Shown here: piece after piece, positions 12,663-22,920 of the stretch
How positions within the stretch are numbered: position 1 is the stretch's first letter
Layout: each line of letters opens with the position of its first letter
Assembly: GCA_030390025.1 (NCBI GenBank)
Contig: CM059431.1
Coordinates: 123,940,001 to 124,004,000 of the forward strand
Direction of reading: 5' to 3'
Source of the DNA: Squalus acanthias
Taxonomy: Eukaryota
Length of the DNA: 64,000 nt
Notes under the pieces: model-generated
Told to the model about the DNA's origin: nothing
Seen by the model: only the letters and a program-made list of their open reading frames with translations
Databases searched by the model: none
Translations under genes and position numbers: made by a program

Positions 12663-13159
12663 ACATGTAAATGACAATGATTGGGTGTGGCTTCCTTCAC
12701 CGCTCTATTTTCCGTCAGGACCGCCTCTTTCCCACATCCAGGAAATAATGCCACCATGAAAGTTGAGTCTCAAGCTGGGTGAGCCCAGTGTAATGTATAA
12801 GACCAGGAGATTGTGGATCTTAGCCTCAGTGAGAGAGACTGAGACAATAGGTACTGAAATTTTCATGTATTTACTTTATTTTACCTGTTCAATACTAATA
12901 GCTGTTTCAACTTGTTTACTTGGTGCCTTAGCCATAGCTGGTTTGAGCAGGTAATAGGAAATTAATTGATTACAAATCAGATGTGATTAGCTGTTATCTG
13001 GTTGGCTGTTTTTTATCCTATGGCTGTTGGGTTATTATGTAAATTAAGACAGTATAAGGCAGTTCAACTGTAGAAGGAATTCAGCCTTGAGACATAGTGA
13101 GAAACAAGTTTTTTTCTTCTCTCTATAAATTAATAATGTATGAAGTGAATAAGTAGAGT

Positions 13160-14758
13160 TTGATTAAAATTACTAAGGAATTGGTACTCAGTAAAATAAT
13201 GGGACTCAAGGCGGATAAATCCCATGGACCTGATGGCTTACATCCTAGGGTCTTGAGAGAAGTGGCAGTAGGAATTGTGGATGCTTTGGTAATAATTTTC
13301 CAAAACTCCCTGAACTCAGCAAAGGTCCCGGCAGATTGGAAAACTGCTAATGTAACACCCTTATTTAAAAAGGGTTGTAGGCAGAAGGCTGGAAATTATA
13401 GACCAGTTAGCCTAACATCTGTGGTGGGTAAAATTTTGGAGTCTATTATTAAGGAGACAGTAACGGAACATATGGATAAACATAATTTAATAGGACAAAG
13501 TCAGCATGGCTTTATGAAGGGGAAGTCATGTCTGACAAATTTGCTCGAGTTCTTTGAGGACATAACGTACAGGGTGGATAAAGGGGAACCAGTGGATGTA
13601 GTGTATTTAGACTTCCAGAAGGCATTCGACAAGGTGCCACATAAAAGATTATTACTCAAGATAAAAAATCACTGGATTGGGGGTAATATTCTGGCATGGG
13701 TGGAGGATTGGTTATCTAACAGGAAGCAGAGAATTGGGATAAATGGTTCATTCTCGGACTGGCAACCAGTAGCCAGTGGTGTTCCGCAGGGGTCGGTGCT
13801 GGGTCCCCAACTCTTTACAATCTATATTAACAATTTGGAGGAGGGGACCGAGTGTAACATATCAAAGTTTGCAGATGATACAAAGATGGGAGGGAAAGTA
13901 GAGAGTGAAGAGGACATAAAAAACCTACAAGGGGATATAGACAGGCTGGGTGAGTGGGCAGAGATTTGGCAGATGCAATACAATATTGGAAAATGTGAGG
14001 TTATGCACTTTGGCAGGAAAAATCAGAGAGCAAGTTATTATCTTAATGGCGAGAAACTGGAAAGTACTGCAGTTGAAAGGGATCTGGGGGTCTTGGTGCA
14101 AGAAAATCAAAAAGTTAGTATGCAGGTGCAGCAGGTGATCAAGAAAGCCAATGGAATGTTGGCTTTTATTGCTAGGGGGATAGAATATAAAAACAGGGAG
14201 GTATTGCTGCAGTTGTATAGGGTATTGGTGAGACCGCACCTGGAGTACTGCATACAGTTTTGGTGTCCGTACTTAAGAAAAGACATACTTGCTCTAGAGG
14301 CAGTACAAAGAAGGTTCACTCGGTTAATTCCGGGGATGAGGGGGTGGACATACGAGGAGAGGTTGAGTAGATTGGGACTCTACTCATTGGGGTTCAGAAG
14401 AATGAGAGGCGATCTTATTGAAACATATAAGATTGTGAAGGGGCTTGATCGGGTGGACGCGGTGAGGATGTTCCCAATGATGGGTGAAACTAGAACTAGG
14501 GGACATAATCTTAGAATAAGGGGCTCCTCTTTCAAAACTGAGATGAGGAGAAACTTTTTCACTCAGAGGGTAGTGGGTCTGTGGAATTTGATACCCCAGG
14601 AAGCTGTGGAAGCTACTTCATTAAATAAATTTAAAACAGAAATAGACCGTTTCCTAGAAGTAAAGGGTATTAGGGGTTACGGGGAGCGGGCTGGAAATTG
14701 GACATGAGTTTGAGTTCGGATCGGTCAAGGCCCTGTGGGTGGCGGAGCGGGCCCAGGG
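13160..14758 (+). mobile_element. CR1 LINE, truncated at both ends; open RT/C-terminal frame 13160-14707
   Basis: NYRPVSLTS, YLDFQKAFDKV, GVPQGSVLGP, KFADDTK, TRGHNL. Nearly identical to the minus-strand copy at ~24185-25780. Stops inside the 3' UTR. Confidence 0.95.
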
Positions 14759-15360
14759 ACACATTTGCACTGTCGAAGGATTGAGTCTCTTGAGAACAGA
14801 ATCTATTGGCCACACTCCACATTATCAGAGAAGATAAGGATTTCTTTTGATCATTCTCTGTAGAATATGAAAACCCAAGAGCCAGTTCTAGACAGATCAG
14901 GACACATGGATAACATAGAAAGAGTGGTGAGCTTTCACAGAAACACCAAATGCAGATGGCACCCACAGGTGCAGGCATCATAATTGACATAATCTCAAAA
15001 TTTGTCAACGAGACCAAAATAGGAGGTTTGGCAAAATGTGAGGAGGAGTATAAAAGACTTCACTAAGACATAGACAGGTTAGCAGAATAGGCAGACAGGT
15101 TGACAATGCAGTTCAAAGTGAATAAGTGAGGTAATACATTTTGGGAGTAAAAACAAGAAATGGCAATATACACTTAAAGGAAAGATGCTGAACAGTGTGG
15201 GTGAACTGATACACCTAATACAATAATTCCCTCAAAATGCATTTGCAGATAGATAAAGCTTTTAAAATTATGAAGGGTTTTGATGGAGTAAATAGGGAAA
15301 GACTATTACCTCTGGTTCAGGAGCCAGTGATGAGGAGTCATTATAATGTATTATCACATG

Positions 15361-16986
15361 TTTTTTTTTATTCGTTCATGAGATGTGGGCGTCGCTGGCA
15401 AGGCCAGCATTTATTGCCCATCCCTAATTGCCTTTGAGAAGGTGGTGGTGAGCCACCTTCTTGAACCGCTGCAGTCTGTGAAGTGAAGGTACTCCCACAG
15501 TGCTGTAAGGGAGGGAGTTCCAGGATTTTGACCCAGCGACAATGAAGGAACGGCGATATACTTCCAAGTCAGGATGGTGTGTGACTTGGAGGGAACATGG
15601 AGGTGGTGGTGTTCCCATGCGGCTGCTGCCCTTGTCCTTCTAGGTGGTAGAGGTCGCGGGTCGCGGGTATGGGAGGTGCTGCCGAAGAAGTCTTGGCGAG
15701 TTGCTGCAGTGCATCTTGTAGATAGTACACACTGCAGCCACGGTACGCCGGTGGTGGAGGGAGTGAATGTTTAAGGTGGTGGATGGGGTGCTAATCAAGT
15801 GGGCTGCTTTGTCTTGGATGGTGTCGAGCTTTTTGAGTGTTGCTGGAGCTGCACTCATCCAGGCATGTGGAAAGTATTCCATCACACTCCTGACTTGTGC
15901 CTTGTAAATGGTGGAAAGGCTTTGTGGAGCCAGGAGGTGAGACACTCGTCGCAGAATACCCAGCCTCTGACCTGCTCTTGTTGCCACAGTATTTATGTGG
16001 CTGGTCCAGTTAAGTTTTTGGTTAATGGTGACCCCCCAGGATATTGCTAGTGGGGGATTCGGCAATGATAATGCCATTGAATGTTGGCCAGTTTGTTCAG
16101 TAGTGGTGCTACCGAGCCACTCTTGGTGATGGACTTTGAAGTCCCCCACCCATAATACATTCTGTGCCCTTGCTAATCTCAGTGCTTCTTCCAAGTGTTG
16201 TTCAACATGGAGGAGTACTGATTCATCAGCTGAGGGAGGGCAGTAGGTGGTAACCAGCAGGAGGTTTCCTTGCCCATGCTTGACCTGAAGCCATGAGACT
16301 TTAGGGGTCCGGAGTCAATGTTGAGGACTCCCAGGGCCACTCCTTCCTGACTGTATACCACTGTGCCGCCACCCCTGATGGGTCTGTCCTGCCGGTGGGA
16401 CAAGACAAACCCAGGGATGGTGATGGAGGAGTATGGGACATTGGCTGAAAGGTATGATTCTGTGAGTATGACTACACCAGGATGTTGCTTGACTAGTCTG
16501 TGGGACAGCTCTCCCAATTTTGGCACAAATCCCCAGGTGTTGGTGAGGAGGAATTTGCAGGGTCGACTGGGCTGGGTGTGCTGTTGTGTCCGTGGCCGGT
16601 GCCGAGTGGTCCATCTGGTTTTATTCTTATTGTTTTTCGTAGCGTTTTTTTACAACTGAGTGGCTTGCTAGGCCATTCAAAGGGCAATTAAGAGTCAACC
16701 ACACTGCTGTGGGCCTAGAGTCACATACAGGCCAGACCAGGTAAGGACGGCAGATTTCCTCCCCTAAAGGACATTAGTGAACCAGATGGGTTTTTACGAC
16801 AATCCGGTAGTTTCATGGTCACCATTACTGATAATAGTTTTTTTGTTCCATATTTATTTAATTAACTGAATTTAAATTCCCCAGCTGTCATGGTAGGATT
16901 TGAACTCATGTCTCTAGATCATTAGTCCAGGCCTCTGGATTACTAGTCCAGTAACATAACCACTGTGCTACCATTCCCTATTCAAC
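15361..16986 (-). mobile_element. Internally deleted CR1-group LINE derivative with a tRNA-like 5' head, inserted in the Gypsy 5' LTR
   Basis: Poly(A) tail at 15361-15369. 11-bp TSD ATTATCACATG/ATTGTCACATG. Endonuclease (VILTESYL, RQDRPIRGGG, WVGDF) joins near 16085 to the post-RT C-terminus (GVTINQKLNW, YKAQVRSVMEY). A box TAGCACAGTGG and B box GAGTTCAAATCC lie at the 5' end. Confidence 0.85.
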
Positions 16987-17369
16987 ATTGTCACATGGCT
17001 TATCACATGGTTTAGTATGAGCATGCTCAGTTCACTCTGACCTCGTATACAAGCACCTTGACCAGCAACTCATCCTGTCTCTGTCCTTCATTTGTTCTAT
17101 CCACATAGATTGCATTTAGGCGACAAGGATGGGATCTCAAAGCCACTTTTAGGGATCATGGAAGGACACAGTGTTCAACCGTCGAGTAGAAAAGTTTAAG
17201 CTGAATTTGTGACACCTAAATTGAATTTTTGCGATGTTTTACTGTTAATGCTCATGCAGAATTGTCTGTGCTTCGCCTTCGCGTGTATGTACAAACAGCA
17301 ACAGCAGCGTTGATTCTCACATGTACACAGGTAGCGTGCTGAGTCACTGTTCAAAGGGATCGGGACAAT

Positions 17370-19770
17370 CATGGCCGTGCCTACAGGATTCACCGGAAGC
17401 CTTGGCATGTATGACCGAGCTCGCAAACCATTCAGTTCTTACATTGAGCAGATGGAGATTTTTTTAAGGCCAATAACATTATTGAGACCGAAGGTGCAGA
17501 TGAGATTGTTCAAGCTCAAAATAAAGTAATTCATGAACGGAAAAAAGCAATTTTTCTAACGGAGATCGGGCCAGATATCTATGGAACGTTGATAAACCTA
17601 CTCGCGCCAGGGAAAGCAAAGGATGTGTCATTTGAAGACCTTGTCGAGAAACTCAAGGACCATTTCGACCCAAAGCCGTTAGAAATAGCAGAGAGCTCTA
17701 AGTTTGGTACCAGAAACCAAAAACAAAGTGAAACCATCAGAGTGCATTGTAGCTCTTAAGAACCTGTCTTTGCATTGTAACTTCGGCACATTTTTGGATC
17801 GTGTGTTGCGAGATAAGTTTGTGTGTGGACTGGTGGATGAGCACACACAGTCCAAGTTACTGAACACTCCGAACCTAACGTTTGACATAGCATGAAAAAT
17901 TGCCCTATCTATGGAGATGGCATCTAAGAATGCTAGGGAGCTCCGTCCAACTCAAGTGACTAGTGCAGCTGAGGTCTACAGTCATAAAGCCACCGCCAAA
18001 CCTAAAGTTGTGAGACCAAGTCAAAAGCATGTCGGTGAGAGCATTCAGTGAATTGTTATTGCTGCAATGGAAATCACTCACCACAGTCCTGCCAATATAG
18101 AAATGCAAAGTGTTTTCACTGCCAGAAGCAAGGCCATATTTCTACAGCTTGCAGAGCTAGATTGAAAGCAGGAATAAGAACCATTCTAGTGGCAATACAA
18201 AGTAGCGACAACAAAATGGAGGAATTCACAATATTGAAGTGAACACACCTGATGTTGAAGAACTAGACATCTACAGTATCTATGCCACTAGTGGCAACGC
18301 TAGCAGTCGTGCGGTGACTACAAAGTTACTATCAACCAAGCAGTTGATGATGAGCAGTACCCGTTACCTACATTCCAAGATTTGTTTGCAGCACTCTCTG
18401 GGTCAAGGTTTTTCCCTAAGCTTGACCTGTCGGATGCTTACGCTCAGCTGAATGTTGACAAAGAGAGTCAACAGTATCTCACTATCAACACACACAAGGG
18501 ACTGTACTCATAGACCAAGCTGCTGTATGGTGTAAAGTCCTCCCCCAAAATCTTCCAGGCTACGATGGATAAGATTTTGCAAGGAATTCCAAATTGCTTA
18601 TGCAATCAAGACGATGTGCTGATCGCAACAAGCATCGAGGAAGATAATCTAGAAGCGTTAGATTTAGTGCTTCAAAGGTTGAATTCCCACAATGTCAAAT
18701 TGAAAAGGAGCAAATGTGCTTTTGTGCAGCCCTTGGTCTAAAAGTTGATGCAAATGGCTTGCAACCAGTTAAGGAAAAGATTGATGCTGTCATCAATGCT
18801 CAAAAGCCACAGAACGTGTCTGAGTTAAGATCTTTCCTTGGAATGGTCCATTACGACGCACGTTTCTTACCTGAGTTTGTGACCAGGTTAGCTCCATTGC
18901 ATGAGCTCCTCAAGAAGGATGTCCTGTGGAAGTGGACAAAATTGCAACAGGAAGCTTACGACGCTTGTAAGAGAAGTCTCACTAGCGATGCTCTACTTGT
19001 GCACTACGACAGAGCATGAGCTTAAGTTAGCGTGTGATGCTTCCAGTTACGGTGTGGGAGCTGTCATAAGCCATGTAATGGATGATGGTCAAGAGAAACC
19101 AATCGCACTCACATCGCAAACCCTCACAAAAAGCGAAAGAAACTACGCGCAAATTGAAAAGGAAGCACTCACTATAGTATTTGGAATCAATAAATTCCAA
19201 CAGTTCCTGATCGGCAGAAAATTTACCCTGATAACCGATCACAAACCGTTCCTGGCAATATTGGGGCCCAAATCTGCCATCCCTGCAATAGTCGCATCAA
19301 GAATGCAACATTGGGCAGTGTTGTTGTCACAATATGACTACACGATTGAATTTCACGCTTCAAAGCAAAACGCAATCGCAGATGCCTTGTCCAGGTTGCC
19401 ACATGAAGACTCATGTGTTGGGAGTGAAGGTGAGATTTTCATGCTAGGTGCAGTTGACAAAGACTTTCCTGTGAATGCAACTGAGATTGCAGATGAGACT
19501 CAAAAGGACTCAATACTGAAAAGAGTGTATGAAAATGCCTTGAATGGATGGACTGATCAGTATCTGGACACAGAGTTGAAACCATTCCATAACCGTTGTA
19601 CTGAATTGTCCTGTGGGCAAGGTTGTATCAAATGGGGAAACAGAGTGGTGGTACCTACTTTTTTGAGATCGGAACCAAAACAAAACAGCCCAAAAATTGG
19701 TACAGCACCAGAGCCTTTTGTAAGGAGATCAGGAAGGCTCTGCAAACCTGTTATTAAACTGGATTTGTAG
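17370..19770 (+). pseudogene. Gypsy gag-pol remnant: gag with two Zn knuckles, RT, RNase H; protease and integrase core absent
   Basis: CYCCNGNHSPQSC and CFHCQKQGHISTAC; GDYKVTINQ, KLDLSDAYAQL, NQDDVLI, LRSFLGMV, LACDASSYGVGAV, NYAQIEKEAL, ITDHKP, ADALSRLP. Multiple frameshifts. Confidence 0.9.
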
Positions 19771-20579
19771 TTCATTTGTAGCATTTGTAGTTGACTTAAA
19801 AGAAAAATAGCCAGGAGTTTTTGTTATGTGGTACATGTAATGCTGGAAACGGCGGGACCATAGTTTTGTTGTATTTGACAGGGGAATATGTACATTTTTT
19901 TTAAGGGGAAAGCAGTGTAATGTATTATCACATGGTTTGTCACATGGTGTAGTATGAGCATGCTCAGTTCGCTCTGGCCTAGTAAACAAGCATCTTGACT
20001 AGCAGCTCATCGTGTCTCTGTCCTTCATTTGTTCTACCCACATATATTACAGTCATCAATTTAAAATTGTCACTGAGGACGTGAGAAGAGACGTTAGGAG
20101 AAATTGACCCAGTGGGTTGTTGGAGCACGGGATGCCGTGTTACAGGTATTCAAAGATACAACGGTCTCTTCCTCAATATCTTTGAATATATATTGAAGCA
20201 GGGGAAGGTATAGAGCTATGGGGAGAGCACAGGACAGTGGGTTTAATTTTGGATTGCTCTTGCAAAGCAAAGAGTCAGCACAAATGAGCCAAATGTCTTC
20301 CATCTGTGCTGTAAACATTTATGCTACTGTGGTTATTAATTTCAGTACAGTGTCCCAAAGGCAGGAGGCAATTGTGGAAGCCATAACTGTAGGATTTTGA
20401 AGAGCTGCAAGTATATTATGCATTGTATAAGTATTTGTACTATTCCAGTGCCACATTGAAAAATATTGGACTATGGAGTTTCTACTTGGTATTTCCTCAT
20501 TCCTCTGTGACAAGGAAAAGGATGAGGCAGATCATGCGGCGGCCCGGCTAATCTAGCACTATAGACACTCTCTAGCCCT

Positions 20580-21480
20580 TAGCCGCAGATACCCATGCAT
20601 AACCAAGGTAGTCTTTTCCTGATTTTTCTGTAAGGTAGTGTCTGAGAAGGCTGCGCATTCCATCTGAAGCAACATCTGAGTTGTTCCAGCTGGTAGCCCC
20701 TGAATTGCAGCTCATGTCAATGAGGGTACATCATTGTGCTTGCTATAAAAGTTCCAACTGCTTTGAATTTTTATGCCACTGGATCTTTTCAGGCTGCTTC
20801 TCGGGACATAAACTGGAAAGACAATCTGCAGTGCCAATTTGTATCAAGCAGCTGTCAAGTGACCTGCTTAGGTTCGGCATCACAGTTTATTTCTTTTCCT
20901 GTGGGCCCCGCAAAGCAGAGCGAACAGCTACTTTTACAAAGTGGCTAGATTTCCCCAGGCCGAGGGTGCCACTGATAGGACCCATAGAGCAATAAATATT
21001 CCATGTGAGCACCCACTGAGCTATATCAACAAAAAGGGTTTTAACTTACTCGGTGTCCAGTTGGTGTGTGATGCCATCCACATTCCTCTTCTTCATGTGA
21101 AGGCATGTTGTATGGGAAGCTGCCATGATGCTTTTATGTTCTGCCAGTCGACTAAACTGGGATTAATCAGCTCGGGGCATGTGTCTGAATAGTTGCCTGG
21201 TGACTAGAGATACCCTCTGCGACCATGATTGATGATTCTGTCATCTAGGAACAGCAGAAGAGAATAGATACCATGAAGTACTTGGTGCAACAAGAATTGT
21301 AATTGAGCAGACCATTGTGATTCTGAAATCCCATTCTGACGTCTGGGAGGAAACTGCAGTGCAGCCTGCAACACGTTCAAGAATCATAGTGGAATGCTGC
21401 ATGCTGCACAAATTTATTGTTTGCAAAGGATTGATTCTTCCCTCTGCAGAGGAGGAAGGAGGACAAGGCCCTCAGGAAGG
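20580..21480 (+). pseudogene. Degenerate Harbinger transposase
   Basis: LAIKVPTALNFYATGSFQA, GATDRTH, NKKGFNLLGVQLVCD, GSCHDAF, IVIEQTI and CCMLH in order, with stops and frameshifts. Confidence 0.85.
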
Positions 21481-21889
21481 ATGAGGAACCAGTGCTAACT
21501 CCTCCCATAATTGCTGCACAACCTTCCTGATAGACTTCTATGTGTAATGTATACACTACAGCTGCAATGCATTTTATCCTCCCTCTCAGTGGTGGTCACC
21601 CCCATGGGAGCATGGATATTGTTCTCAGCCTGCCTTGAATATTAATTAGTCCTGCTAATGGGACGGGGTTACCATGGGATCAAATTGGCGGCTGGAAGTC
21701 TTGCAACACAGCACTCCTGGTGAGAAAACACAGTCAGAGGAAGATTCAGACTGAAGCAAATACAAAAAGATACCAAACTGAGAATATTAGTTGTATGGTA
21801 ATCAAAAAAATTGTGTAGCTGCGTTCTTGAAGAGCTAAATTATCAATTTGTCTACTTTTTGAATTTCTTCAGCAGATCTCAAAGACTAT

Positions 21890-22920
21890 GGCTGAGGAAT
21901 TCGTAGGCCAGGGCAAATGACCTCTGCACCTGCATACCCGATATTAGGCCTCAGGCCTTATTTAAATAGGACCGGCGAGCTACGGACACCTGATGGACAT
22001 CCCCATGCTGCTCGGCAGTGAAGAAGCTTCGCATTTCAGCGTGGTCGTGAAAGGGGAAGGGGATGGGATCAGGAGGGGCAGTGATCGGAAAAGGGAGGGT
22101 GATCAGGAGGGATGTCGATCGAGAAGAGGGATAGTGAATCGAGCGAGGTTTGATTGAGTGACCAGGAGAGGGTCAATGGGTGATTGGGGCGGGGGGTCAT
22201 GATGGTGATGGGGCAGGGGCCGAGGCTGCAATCGGAACGGGGTGGTCGAGGCACCGATAGGGCAGGGGGGCAGGGGGGCAGGGGCATTGAGACAATGATC
22301 GGGATGGGAGGGTCGAAGGGATGATTAGAAGTGGAGGGATGAGAGGTGTCCGGCTGTGGGCTACAGTTTTAACATTCTCCTGCTCCTTCAGTCTCCACAT
22401 TCAGGTAATTGTTTTTTACAAACTTACCTTTTTGGTAGCGTCCTGCAGCAGTCCCTTTAAATATTTGAATATGTAAATGATAACATTGATTAACTGCAAA
22501 ATGTGTAACACATAAAACAAACTATTAAATACGTGAATGTATAAATTTCCACAGCAAAAAAATATTTTTTTTTCCTTTTGTTTCATTTTTTAATTTACTC
22601 ACCAAATTTCTCCTTTCCTCTGAAGATGTTGACTCCTTGCTGGGGTCCGATTCCACAGGTGGCAGGTAGCATGTAGACATGGTTTTTCTGAAAGCTTGCC
22701 CCGTTCAGGGCAAGCCAATTTTGTACAGGGGGCCTCAAACAAGCGCTGGGACCCCTATTTGAATATGCAAAGAGCTTAATGCCTGTTTCAGGCATGGGCC
22801 CTGGATGCCTTTTCTTTGCTCATACCAATATGGCACACGGCGCAATTTCAGCCATGTTGGAGGCTTAGGTGCCAATTTAGCACCCGAGAAATGGGCACAA
22901 TGCCATCGAATGTCTAGGCC
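21890..22920. mobile_element. Harbinger-type MITE with purine-rich core and a captured 206-bp local segment
   Basis: Imperfect TIRs GGCTGAGGAATTCG / CGAATGTCTAGGCC (10/14). TSD TAT at 21887-21889 and 22921-22923. Confidence 0.65.
22462..22667 (+). repeat. Direct duplicate of 23590-23797
   Basis: TATTTGAATATGTAAATGATAAC...TTCCACAGGTGGCAGGT occurs twice, ~1.13 kb apart, with few differences. Confidence 0.95.

Larger units (their letters stand above)
15342..20051 (+). mobile_element. Ty3/Gypsy LTR retrotransposon (Mag-like), internally deleted
   Basis: Exact 5-bp TSD GTCAT (15337-15341, 20052-20056). 3' LTR 19916-20051 (TGTAAT...ATTACA) follows PPT AAGGGGAAAG. The 5' LTR is split (15342-15360 and ~16987-17114) and followed by PBS-like AGGCGACAAGGATGG. 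Confidence 0.9.
14985..20310 (+). mobile_element. Old degenerate CR1 3' fragment split by the Gypsy insertion (14985-15341 and 20057-20310)
   Basis: ISKFVNETK and FKIMKGFDGVNRERLLPL lie before the insertion; a QFKI...RRN...TQWVV-like continuation and 3' UTR lie after it. Confidence 0.7.

Noticed and set aside
12787..13159. LTR-like segment starting TGTAAT, with a TATA-like motif, upstream of the CR1
   Set aside because: No matching CA end with a TSD and no second copy in the window.
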